Source: Candidatus Doudnabacteria bacterium (GTDB lineage: Bacteria; Patescibacteriota; Doudnabacteria; UBA920). From it: a stretch of 64,000 bases of DNA. Position numbers and translations under genes: made by a program. Shown piece after piece: positions 9,717 through 18,390 of the stretch. The stretch covers positions 81,181-145,180 of the forward strand of contig PLYC01000007.1 in assembly GCA_003151625.1 (NCBI GenBank). The letters run 5' to 3'. Each line of letters begins with the position of its first letter. Position 1 is the first letter of the stretch. The notes beneath the pieces are model-generated. The model made no database searches and was not told the DNA's origin. It was given only the letters and a program-made list of their open reading frames with translations.

Positions 9717-11954
9717 TTATTCGAAATGTACAACTTTACGTTTAATTTTCTCACTCAACAAAGGATATTTTTTCAAATTTTCATCGTCTTTAAGTAGGTT
9801 AATAGCCTCCTGCCTAGCAGGTTCAATTAGCGACGTATAAGATGGGTCAAAGTATTTAAAATTCCAGCCGGACTGGGTTTGGCCGTAAATTTCGCCAAAG
9901 CCCCGCTGTTTTAGGTCCAGTTCGGCCAGCTCAAAGCCGTCTTGGGTTTTGGTAAAAGCATTAAGGCGGGTGATAGTTTCGTTATTGGCATTATCTTTCA
10001 CCACCTCCCCCCGCTTCGCGGGGTACTCCTCCTTAGAAAAGGAGGAGAGGCTCCGCCTTTGTCCAGATGACGCGGATAACCGCGGAGCTTCCCCTCCTTC
10101 TTTAAGGAGGGGTGGACGCGAAGCGGACGGGGTGGTGTACCCTGAACCGGAATTTAATGATTGGTTCAGGGCTTTAGTCATAAACAAAAAGCAATAGCTT
10201 TGGTGCTCGGCGCGGCCAACCCGGCCGCGGAACTGGTGGAGTTGGGAAAGGCCAAAACGCTCCGCGCCTTCAATTAACATTACCGATGTATTGGGCACGT
10301 CCACGCCAACTTCCACTACAGATGTTGAAACTAAAATTTGGATTTTATTATCCAAAAAATCTTTCATCACACTTTCTTTTTCCGCACCTTTTAGTCTGCC
10401 GTGCATAAGACCAATGTTAAAATTGGGAAAGATTTTTTTTAAAAGGTCGACTTCGGCTTTTGCCGATTTAACGCCCAGTTTGTCCGACTCCTCAATTAAG
10501 GGAGTGATTACAAAGACCTGTCGGCCGGCGGTTATCTGCTTAGCTATAAACTCATAGGCTTTGGCGCGGTTCTCATTTGTTACCAATTTAGTAACTATTT
10601 GTTTGCGACCTAGAGGCTTGGTTTTAATTTGCGAAATATCCAGCTCGCCGTAAACAGCCAATTGCAGAGTGCGCGGAATTGGCGTGGCGGAAAGCGAAAG
10701 CAAATGAGGGACTTTTTTCGTATTTTCAAATAAAGCCGCCCGTTGGTCTACGCCAAAGCGGTGCTGTTCGTCTATAATTACCAAAGCGAGCTTTTTAAAT
10801 TTTATGTTTTTTTGCAACAATGCGTGTGTGCCAATATACAGTGCGGGCATGCCTTCGGCGAGAAGCTTGGTTAATTTGTCTTTTTTTTCCGGTTTGTTGT
10901 TGAGCAGGCAAAAATTTGCCGTAAGCAGAGCACACCTGGTATTAAAATTGGCTGGATTTTCACAAAACATTTTATGGGCGGTTTGGTAGTGCTGTTTAGC
11001 CAAAATTTCCGTGGGCGCCAAAAGTGCCACTTGAAAGCCTTCCGATACCGCCTGCAGGGCGGCTATTAGGGCGACCACGGTTTTGCCGCTTCCAACATCA
11101 CCTTCCAATAGCCGGTTCATAGGCATGGGTTTTTCTAAGTCCTGTAAAATATCCCAGGCGGCCTTTTTTTGTTCGACGGTCAGTTTAAAAGGCAGGCTAT
11201 CTACAAATTGTTTTATAAGTGACTGATTAAATTTAATCGGATAGCTTTGTTTTTTTGCCAACTCCAGTTTATGTTTTTGCGCTAACAGCTGGTTATAAAA
11301 TATTTCCTCAAACGCCAGGCGTTTTTTTGCCTCTGTGACATTCTGCTCGGTTTCCGGGAAATGAGACTGCTTAATAGTTTGCCTAATATCCATCAGCTTT
11401 TGATTTTTGATAATTTCCGCGGGTAACGATTCCGGCACTTCATCGGCAAGTCCAATAACAGAAGCGACCAAGTTGCGGAAAGTTTTTGGGTAAAGGCTTT
11501 GTTTAAGATGATAGAGCGGTACTAATCTGGACGTGTGGATAGGGAAGTCCGATGCCTTTTCGTAAATTGGGTTTGTCATTTGTAAACCAAAGTTGTAATA
11601 GTCCGCCTGTCCGGCTAAAAATATTTCCTCCCCGGCAATTAGATTTTTTGCCAAATACGGCTGATTAAACCAGACAACTTTAATAGAGCCGGTGTCGTCA
11701 CTGACAACGGCCTCGGCCAACATCAAATGGCTTTTAAAAGAAAACCGGCTGCTGATTTGTTTGATTTTTACTTTTAAACTGACGTTTTCGCCGGGCTTTA
11801 AATCGGCAATAACGCGGGTTTGTGAAAAATCCAGGTACCGGTATGGAAAATATAAAAGTAAGTTTTGGACGGAATCAAGTCCAAGTTTTTTTAAAGCCGC
11901 TAATTGCGGCTTTTGAAGTTTGGGAAGATTTTCGATGGGGGAATTGAGCTGCAT
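9717..11954 (-). CDS. recG: ATP-dependent DNA helicase RecG, carrying an in-frame repeat insertion
   Basis: Wedge domain, GDVGSGKT, DEQHRFG, SATPIPRTL, QLHQFRGRVGR, DGFELAELDL. Confidence 0.97.
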   Translation of the reverse strand: MQLNSPIENLPKLQKPQLAALKKLGLDSVQNLLLYFPYRYLDFSQTRVIADLKPGENVSLKVKIKQISSRFSFKSHLMLAEAVVSDDTGSIKVVWFNQPYLAKNLIAGEEIFLAGQADYYNFGLQMTNPIYEKASDFPIHTSRLVPLYHLKQSLYPKTFRNLVASVIGLADEVPESLPAEIIKNQKLMDIRQTIKQSHFPETEQNVTEAKKRLAFEEIFYNQLLAQKHKLELAKKQSYPIKFNQSLIKQFVDSLPFKLTVEQKKAAWDILQDLEKPMPMNRLLEGDVGSGKTVVALIAALQAVSEGFQVALLAPTEILAKQHYQTAHKMFCENPANFNTRCALLTANFCLLNNKPEKKDKLTKLLAEGMPALYIGTHALLQKNIKFKKLALVIIDEQHRFGVDQRAALFENTKKVPHLLSLSATPIPRTLQLAVYGELDISQIKTKPLGRKQIVTKLVTNENRAKAYEFIAKQITAGRQVFVITPLIEESDKLGVKSAKAEVDLLKKIFPNFNIGLMHGRLKGAEKESVMKDFLDNKIQILVSTSVVEVGVDVPNTSVMLIEGAERFGLSQLHQFRGRVGRAEHQSYCFLFMTKALNQSLNSGSGYTTPSASRPPLLKEGGEAPRLSASSGQRRSLSSFSKEEYPAKRGEVVKDNANNETITRLNAFTKTQDGFELAELDLKQRGFGEIYGQTQSGWNFKYFDPSYTSLIEPARQEAINLLKDDENLKKYPLLSEKIKRKVVHFE
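9999..10137. repeat. Inverted doublet of family-A-like palindromes inside recG
   Basis: 9999-10047 and 10089-10137 are diverged reverse complements, each with a CTCCTT..AAGGAG hairpin. Confidence 0.8.
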
Positions 11955-11998
11955 ATGCTCATAATTTTTTCTTAATAATGTATGACACTCGCCGGAAT

Positions 11999-12108
11999 TT
12001 CACCCCGCCACCTTTGGTGTTCTCAGCGGGAGTCGGACCCACAACCTCAGCCTTCGGAGGGCTGCGCTCTATCCAGTTGAGCTATGAGAACCGGCAAAGG
12101 TGGCGGGG
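11999..12108. mobile_element. Palindromic miniature element with 14-bp perfect inverted repeats enclosing a tRNA
   Basis: ccccgccacctttg (12003-12016) / caaaggtggcgggg (12095-12108); removing 11999-12108 restores a canonical TTCGATT T-loop. Confidence 0.65.
12015..12091 (-). tRNA. tRNA-Arg(CCG)
   Basis: Acceptor GTTCTCA/TGAGAAC, anticodon arm CAGCC-CTCCGAA-GGCTG, encoded CCA; T-loop variant TCCGACT. Confidence 0.9.
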
Positions 12109-12162
12109 CGAACCAGCGGCCTTTCCCTGATAATGGGGGGGACGCTCTAATCCACTGAGCTA

Positions 12163-12636
12163 TTAAAACTTCAAATGATGCATAACCTGTTGCACGGCTG
12201 TTGCTTCGGATTCGCTGTGCTCGGGCAAGTATTGTAATAAAAACTCCCTGGCTTCTTCGGGATCCTGATTTTCCAGTTCTAAAATTAAAACGCTGTTAAG
12301 CAGTGCCGAGGTGTGAAAATTAATTGTTTGGTGTCGTTCGTTATGTACAACCCAAAAATATTTGAGTTGTTTGTAAGGATAGGTAATATTGCCAAACCTG
12401 ACTCCCTTGCTGTTTAAATCTATTTCCACTCGTTCCGGCTTTTGGCGGGAGAAAAAAATTATCAACAGTGCCAAAATTCCCAAAGATACGGCGGCAAAAA
12501 TGTCGCTTTGAATAATAATAAAGAAAGCCATTACCATTATTGTTACGGCAATTAGTACTACGTACCAGCCCAAGTTTTTGGGATAATGCTTGAATTCCCA
12601 GGCTTCCCAGGAAAGATTTTGGTTTTCGTTAGACAT
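12163..12636 (-). CDS. Membrane protein (two TM plus PH-like domain), CPR-type hypothetical
   Basis: WEAWEFKHYPK..WY N-terminus, two hydrophobic helices, YPYKQLKYFW. Confidence 0.7.
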   Translation of the reverse strand: MSNENQNLSWEAWEFKHYPKNLGWYVVLIAVTIMVMAFFIIIQSDIFAAVSLGILALLIIFFSRQKPERVEIDLNSKGVRFGNITYPYKQLKYFWVVHNERHQTINFHTSALLNSVLILELENQDPEEAREFLLQYLPEHSESEATAVQQVMHHLKF

Positions 12637-12733
12637 ATTGTGTTTTTTTGATTAAAATATAAGGAAAGGGTTCCAAAAATCAGGAGCGTAGCGCTGTCTA
12701 ATATCTTACAACTAAAATCTAACATCTATTTTT

Positions 12734-12822
<89 letters not shown>

Positions 12823-12867
12823 GTAAGATTTTATGATGATATTATACCATTATTCCTTTAAAAAAAC

Positions 12868-12902
12868 AAAAACAGCCCATTCTCTAGAAAAGGGCTGTTT
12901 TT
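12868..12902. terminator. Bidirectional intrinsic terminator
   Basis: aaaaacagccc..gggctgttttt between the convergent tRNA-Ser and anti-sigma genes. Confidence 0.6.
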
Positions 12903-13024
12903 AATACACCCATAAATAGCCGATTTGGCTAACAGGGTTTGTTTGTTTTAAAGCTTCCAAAACTGTCGTCCTGAATTTGGGGAAGGAAAATATTCCTTCC
13001 GCCTATTCAGAAAAACAATAGAGC

Positions 13025-14278
13025 CTACTTTACAAATTGTGGACTCGGGGGTTCAATTATAAACGAGCCGGTTACAGTGCTTGTGTCGTTAGCCGCTGTC
13101 GCGTCCGAATTGTTGTGGTAATATTGGGTGCTGCTAGAATTTTGTGAAGAAGGTTTTTTTAAATTTGCACCCGCTAGAGTGGAAGTCGCGGTTGTTGAGG
13201 TTGAACTGCTGGGCGTTTGGGTTGAGACGGCTTTAACCTCTGGCTGGTCGGTGGTGGTCGCTGTTTCAGATTGGTCACTAGAGGTAGCGGTTACAAAAAT
13301 TTGTTGGGCAATAAGTGTATCGTTGCTTTTTTCTCCAACCACGCTAACCTTGTCTCCACCCTGCAAATCGGATGGTAAAAGATTACCGCCGGAGTTATCT
13401 TGAATTGTGGTTTGTGATGTTATGTTAAAAGTAATTTGTTCCACTGTAACGCTACTGCTCGTGGCCTCGCTAATTAAACCAAAAGCCGCCACGGAATTGG
13501 GATCGGAACTTAATTTGGCCAGAGCTTCCTGGTCGTTACTGGCAACGGCTATGGTTTGCTTAATTGCCGAAAGTTTGGCTGTGTCGTTGCCTAAGGCTAA
13601 AAGGGCGCTGTTGGCTGCAGTTTTAATTTGGCTGTCCGGTTTTATCGCGCTTAAAAGGTTTTTTTGCCCCTGAGTGATGCTATCCAAAGAATTTAACAAC
13701 GGATGGCTGTCAGCCGATTTGGGATTTGCCGCCGCTACGGTATTAACTTCCGCCACGGCACTGGTGGTTTGGGCGGAAAGTTCGTTTAAGGCGGCAGTTT
13801 TTTGTTCCGTATTACTGGTAGGGTCGTTAAAAATTTGTTGCGCCGCGCTTAAGCGGTTTTGCGCGATTTGAATTTGCAAGCTGGCTTTTTGGTTTTGGTT
13901 GGAGGCCAAAATTAGTTGGAGATTTTCTTCCTGTTTTTTTAAGGGAAACAAAATTTTGCCGGGAAGACTGTTGGAAGCTTGATACGCGGTAACCGAGAAG
14001 GCGCTTATGAGCAGCATTACCGCCACGCTGACACTTGCAAATTTAGACATATGCAGCCAAGCCAGCCACAACCTTTTAGAAGGTGCCACGGCATATTTAC
14101 GGCGCATTAGCGGCGTAGGAACAATATTTTTTGGCATGGACAGAAGCTTAGAGCTAATATCCAAAAGGGGAGCGAGCTCATTTCTGTATTGGGCAAATTT
14201 AACCAGGACTTCCTCTTTGGGGGAGCCTTTTTTTATCATTTCCAGTGCCTGGTTGTAAATTTCGTCAATGTTAGTCAT
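13025..14278 (-). CDS. Putative anti-sigma factor (TM, DUF5667-like helical and DUF5666-like beta domains)
   Basis: Overlaps the ECF sigma gene; ASNSLPGKILFPLK..ENLQL motif; S/T-rich tail. Confidence 0.7.
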   Translation of the reverse strand: MTNIDEIYNQALEMIKKGSPKEEVLVKFAQYRNELAPLLDISSKLLSMPKNIVPTPLMRRKYAVAPSKRLWLAWLHMSKFASVSVAVMLLISAFSVTAYQASNSLPGKILFPLKKQEENLQLILASNQNQKASLQIQIAQNRLSAAQQIFNDPTSNTEQKTAALNELSAQTTSAVAEVNTVAAANPKSADSHPLLNSLDSITQGQKNLLSAIKPDSQIKTAANSALLALGNDTAKLSAIKQTIAVASNDQEALAKLSSDPNSVAAFGLISEATSSSVTVEQITFNITSQTTIQDNSGGNLLPSDLQGGDKVSVVGEKSNDTLIAQQIFVTATSSDQSETATTTDQPEVKAVSTQTPSSSTSTTATSTLAGANLKKPSSQNSSSTQYYHNNSDATAANDTSTVTGSFIIEPPSPQFVK

Positions 14279-14864
14279 TATTCTCGCTATTTTTTTTAAT
14301 AAGCTCCTGAAGTTTAATTATCGCACGATGTTGGATAACTCTTATCGCGCCCTCGTTTTTATGCAAAAGTTCGGCAATTTCATTGTTTTCCAGATCCTCC
14401 AAAAATTTTAATTTTATAACAACCTGTTGTTCCGCGCCAAGTTCTTTAAGTAATTTTAAAAAGACTTTTTGCTGATCCTGTAAATTTACAATGTCAATAA
14501 CATTGGTTTCGTATTCCAGGGTATTTTCGATTTCTTCCAGCGCGACTATGGATTTTTTTTGCCTGTAGTAATCTATAACCAAATTTCGCGCTATTTGGTA
14601 AAGCCATCCTTCAAAGGCACCACTTTCGTTAATTGAGGCAATTTTAGAAAAAGCTTTTAAAAATACATCTTCTGCCAAGTCTTCGGCAACTTCTTTGTGG
14701 CCGACACGGAAGAAAATAAAGCGGTATATCTTTTTAAAAAAAAGATTGTAAATTTCGCCAAATGCCGCTTCCTCGCCCTTTTTTGCCCTTGCAAAAAGCA
14801 GCGCAGTACTATCGGAATGGCTGAAATCTTGGGAGGTAATACTAAAGACGGAATTGATGTTCAT
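14271..14864 (-). CDS. ECF sigma-70 factor
   Basis: AFGEIY, AEDLAEDVFLKA, WLYQIARN..DYYR, region-4 EIAELLHKNEGAIRVIQHRA. Confidence 0.92.
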   Translation of the reverse strand: MNINSVFSITSQDFSHSDSTALLFARAKKGEEAAFGEIYNLFFKKIYRFIFFRVGHKEVAEDLAEDVFLKAFSKIASINESGAFEGWLYQIARNLVIDYYRQKKSIVALEEIENTLEYETNVIDIVNLQDQQKVFLKLLKELGAEQQVVIKLKFLEDLENNEIAELLHKNEGAIRVIQHRAIIKLQELIKKNSENND

Positions 14865-15037
14865 TTGTTACAGGTGCTGAATATTAGGCAATAAATAGGG
14901 GATTCTGGCAATAAAGCTTAAATTTTATACCCCTTTGTCCTATTTTACCATATATTACGGTTTTTTGGCTCCTTTAGGCGCAAACGTTGAAAACAATGGG
15001 CACCATCGTGCAGCACAATGTTGCCCATTGTTTAGCG

Positions 15038-16102
15038 CTAAAGCATCGTAATCGGTCTGGACTGGGTAATATAGAATTTCCCGTTTTCAAAAGCCCACTC
15101 AATGTCCTGCGGTTTGCCGTAATGTGTTTCTATATTTTTGCAAATTTTGGCAATTTCCACTATTTGCTTGCCGGTAAGTTTTTGTTTGCCTCCGGTTGCC
15201 TTGTCTAATTTCTTATTTCTATTTCCTGTTTTCTCTCTTACTATGGCAAAAGTTTGCTCGGAAACATTTATGTCCAAAATGGAAAAATTGTTTTTGTGAA
15301 CAATATAAGTGTCCGGAGTAATCATGCCGCCGACAATAGCTTCTCCCAAACCAAAACCGGCTTCCACCACCATTTGGTTCTTGTCTTTGGTTACCGGGTG
15401 CACGGTAAAACTAATTCCGGAAACCTCGCTTTGCACCATCTTTTGCACCACAACCGCCACGGAAATCCTTGTGTTTATTCCCCTCCCTTGCTTGTCCGCC
15501 GTAGCTTTAGCGAAGGAGGGACGGGAGGGGTGGGGGGAGGGTGATTTTTTTGTTTTGTAAAACCCTTTCTCAAAAGCATAAAAAATTGCCCTGGGCGTAA
15601 ATAGCGAAGACCAGCATTTTTTTACACTGGCAATAACATTTTTTTCCGTTACATTCAAATAAGTTTCCAGCTCCCCGGCCCAGGAAGCAACCGATGAGTC
15701 CTCGGCCGTGGCGCTAGATCTAACGGCTACAAACTGGTTTATTCCCCTCCTGCCCGAGGAGGGGTTAGGGGAGGTGGGAGATTTTTTAAACAGCTGATGA
15801 TACGCCTCCATAATCTCTTTCTGCAAATCCTCCGGAATAACCTCATCCAAAATCATCCTGCGGATTTCCGCCGAAGCCTTGTCCACAGAATTAACATCCT
15901 TATGGTTGACTTTTTTCAGCAACGCCTCTATATCCGCCTCAATCTCCGTCTCCTCCAAAAATCTGTCAAAAGCACCCGCAACCACTACAAACCCTTGCGG
16001 CACCGGCAATCCCGCCTTAGTCATTTCCCCGAGCGAGGCTCCCTTGCCCCCAGCAATGTCGACATCTTTTTTTGAAATTTGCCCAAAAGTTTTTATGTGC
16101 AT
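15038..16102 (-). CDS. Stand-alone PEP synthase/PPDK N-terminal ATP-grasp domain
   Basis: GGKGASLGEM, AVRSSATAEDS..SWAG, VVVQKMV, GLGEAIVGG, PQDIEWA, QSRPIT; ends with no His or PEP-binding domain. Confidence 0.9.
   Translation of the reverse strand: MHIKTFGQISKKDVDIAGGKGASLGEMTKAGLPVPQGFVVVAGAFDRFLEETEIEADIEALLKKVNHKDVNSVDKASAEIRRMILDEVIPEDLQKEIMEAYHQLFKKSPTSPNPSSGRRGINQFVAVRSSATAEDSSVASWAGELETYLNVTEKNVIASVKKCWSSLFTPRAIFYAFEKGFYKTKKSPSPHPSRPSFAKATADKQGRGINTRISVAVVVQKMVQSEVSGISFTVHPVTKDKNQMVVEAGFGLGEAIVGGMITPDTYIVHKNNFSILDINVSEQTFAIVREKTGNRNKKLDKATGGKQKLTGKQIVEIAKICKNIETHYGKPQDIEWAFENGKFYITQSRPITML
15478..15543. repeat. Family A repeat with a nested 30-bp family B element, in frame in the CDS
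   Basis: Deleting 15491-15520 restores ttcccctcccttgacgggagggg..gggagggtg. Confidence 0.85.
15742..15780. repeat. Family A repeat, in frame in the CDS
   Basis: ttcccctcctgcccgaggaggggttaggggaggtg encodes SPTSPNPSSGRRG. Confidence 0.8.
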
Positions 16103-16125
16103 AAAATTTTACTAAGCCGCCAAAT

Positions 16126-16548
16126 TCAGTTTTTCGTTAACGTGTAGGACAGGGTTATTGGGTGAATAATGGCGATATTGCGGAAATATTTAAGCTTTAG
16201 AAGATCTTTGTCCATGGTTACAATTAAATCCGCCCCTGAGGCCACGGCACATTCCAGAATTTTGTTGTCTTTGGAATTATTCTTTAAAAAAGTAATTTTT
16301 TCCTCGGGAAACATTAAATTAGGAACTTTTTTTACGAATTCCATAATTTGATTTTTTGTCAGTATGTTGACGATTTTTTCTTCCACAAGCCGTTTTGCGT
16401 TTTTTTCAACTTCTTCTATTATAGCTTCCGAAATAAACAGCGGGTACTCAAATGGCCTGCCCGATATTTTTAAAACCAAATCATAGCAAAAACTCCGCAT
16501 GCCTATGGCCGCAAGGTAGATGTTCGCGTCAAAAACTATCTTAAGCAT
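16126..16548 (-). CDS. PIN-domain toxin
   Basis: IVFDANIYLAA, KDNKILECAVASGADLIVTMDKDLL. Confidence 0.9.
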   Translation of the reverse strand: MLKIVFDANIYLAAIGMRSFCYDLVLKISGRPFEYPLFISEAIIEEVEKNAKRLVEEKIVNILTKNQIMEFVKKVPNLMFPEEKITFLKNNSKDNKILECAVASGADLIVTMDKDLLKLKYFRNIAIIHPITLSYTLTKN

Positions 16549-16554
16549 ATTGTT

Positions 16555-16794
16555 TTAGCCGAAGAATTTTTGGATATCTTCGTCGGTCTTTATCCCCAGC
16601 TTTTGGAATGCCGGACGCAGTACTGTCTGGATTTCATCAAGCTTTTGCTCAATAAGGTAGCTCCTTAAAGCCTGCTTAACAAGCTGGCTAAAGGTTGTGT
16701 CCTGTTTTATCGCCAATTTTTCAACATCGCTTTTCATATCATTGGGCAGGGAAATGCTGACATTGCTTGTTTGTTTTCTGTTGATAGCCTTCAT
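16555..16794 (-). CDS. CopG/RHH antitoxin
   Basis: NVSISLP..VEKLA..FSQLVKQALRSY; upstream of the PIN gene; palindrome ttattacactgtaataa at 16811-16827. Confidence 0.8.
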   Translation of the reverse strand: MKAINRKQTSNVSISLPNDMKSDVEKLAIKQDTTFSQLVKQALRSYLIEQKLDEIQTVLRPAFQKLGIKTDEDIQKFFG

Positions 16795-16908
16795 AAAAAT
16801 ATTTTAATAATTATTACACTGTAATAATATCAATATTAGAAATTGTTGTCAACCTACTGGTTAACAACTTTAGTATGCCTGAAAGATAGAAAGTTGTTAA
16901 CTAAGTTG

Positions 16909-18390
16909 TTAACTTATTATTTTCCTAACAATTCCTTTATTTGCATCCACTTCCACCAATTCGCCGTCTTTAAAATTTTTCATAGCGTTGTTTAAGGCGA
17001 CAATGCAGGGAATGCCAAATTCTCGGGAAACAACTGCCGCGTGGCATGTTAGGCCGCCGACTTCGGTAATTATGGCCGCCGCGCGTTTCATTGCCGGAAG
17101 ATAATCGGTCGTCGTTGCGTAAGTAACTAATATATCGCCCTGTTTAACTTTGCCGTTGTCTTTGGGGTAGGGGACAATACGGATTTTTCCCGTGGCTTTT
17201 CCGGGACTGGCGCAAACCCCTTTATTTTCATCCCCACCCTGAACTGGCTTTACATAACTTTCTATGTACTTAAAAAGTTTTTCGGTTTCTTTGGCTGTAA
17301 ATTCAATCCGTTTTTGGATTTTTCTGTCAAAGCCCCAACCCGCGTATTTGCCCTTTTCTTGAAGCAGTTTAACGGTATCTATTTTTCCCAGTAAGGCTTC
17401 AATTAGTTCCTGTTCAGTTAAAGTCCGTAATTGATTAACAGACAAAAAAAGCCTTTTTGCTATTTCATCGTATAAAGGCAGTAAATAAAAACTCCCAAAG
17501 CTGACAAAATATTCCGCTTCGTTCCTGGTGTCAATGGCTAACCCAAAATCTGTAAATATTTGCAAGTCTTTGGGTTTAAATTTGTACTTATTAATTAAAT
17601 GTTTGATTTCTCGAGCCCTTATTTTAGTATAGTTTTTTATCTGCCCGTATTCTTTATTCAATAGATTCAAGGGCTTACTTAAGTTTACTTTTAGTTCTTG
17701 CTGGTAGTGTTTGGCTTGCCAAGGTTCGCCAAAAGTGAATACCGGTAACCAGCCAAATTTTTTAGCCAATTTTTTTGAAGCTTTATCTAAAGTTGTTGCA
17801 CCATTTTTTATACATAGTATTTCTTCGGTAACCGCCATTTTTTCTTTTAAGGTGGTTGACACTTCTTGTGGTTTGGTAAGTTTAAACAAAACTTGGTTAT
17901 AATCTTCGGAGCCTCTCCGTAGCCCGTATTTATTAACTAAAACTTTTTCCATTAAAGGTGGCCAGTATTCATCCCCAAGCCACGCGAACTGGTCATAAAC
18001 AGCCAGATGTTGAATACGATCGCGAATAAGGCGGAAGTGTTTAATTAGTTGCCAGTTAGTTAGTTTAGAAAAATCAATTTTTTTTGAAACATCTTTTTTT
18101 GATTTGGGAACCAAATTGTAGAAAGTTTTAAGCTTCTTTTCCATGCCTTTAAAATTTTTTGAAGATATCTTTCCAATCCGATTATGCAAGATCTCCAAAT
18201 AGCTTTTGGGCGTGTACATATGCTGGTAACCGTCAGCCAAAGTATGTATGGCTAAGTTGCCTTTGGGAATGCCAAAAAGCTTTTTAAAGTAATGATTCGT
18301 GTTCTCCCCGTGCCACGTTTCACTGTCCAGAGGCAACAAAGCCCATTGGCCCATTTTTACGACCTTGGTTTTAAAGTAGTGGTGTTTCAT
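16909..18390 (-). CDS. Protein with C-terminal PEP-utilising mobile phospho-His domain
   Basis: [34 protein letters not shown] after a ~380-aa helical domain. Confidence 0.85.
   Translation of the reverse strand: MKHHYFKTKVVKMGQWALLPLDSETWHGENTNHYFKKLFGIPKGNLAIHTLADGYQHMYTPKSYLEILHNRIGKISSKNFKGMEKKLKTFYNLVPKSKKDVSKKIDFSKLTNWQLIKHFRLIRDRIQHLAVYDQFAWLGDEYWPPLMEKVLVNKYGLRRGSEDYNQVLFKLTKPQEVSTTLKEKMAVTEEILCIKNGATTLDKASKKLAKKFGWLPVFTFGEPWQAKHYQQELKVNLSKPLNLLNKEYGQIKNYTKIRAREIKHLINKYKFKPKDLQIFTDFGLAIDTRNEAEYFVSFGSFYLLPLYDEIAKRLFLSVNQLRTLTEQELIEALLGKIDTVKLLQEKGKYAGWGFDRKIQKRIEFTAKETEKLFKYIESYVKPVQGGDENKGVCASPGKATGKIRIVPYPKDNGKVKQGDILVTYATTTDYLPAMKRAAAIITEVGGLTCHAAVVSREFGIPCIVALNNAMKNFKDGELVEVDANKGIVRKIIS

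Larger units (their letters stand above)
11983..12162 (-). pseudogene. Decayed tRNA interrupted in its T-loop
   Basis: Minus strand TAGCTCAGTGGATTAGAGC D-arm, degenerate anticodon arm, GCTGG-TTCG[insert]ATT-CCGGC T-arm, 3' GAGTGTC-A; no matching 5' acceptor strand. Confidence 0.7.

Noticed and set aside
9960-10175. RecG insertion as a mini-intein or intron
   Set aside because: No C/S start with HN end or other splicing motifs, and too short; DNA palindromes explain it.
15038-16102. PPDK_N gene as a ppsA pseudogene truncated by the TA insertion
   Set aside because: It has a normal start and ends cleanly at the QSRPIT domain boundary. The His domains lie upstream on separate full-length genes, which is not ppsA domain order.
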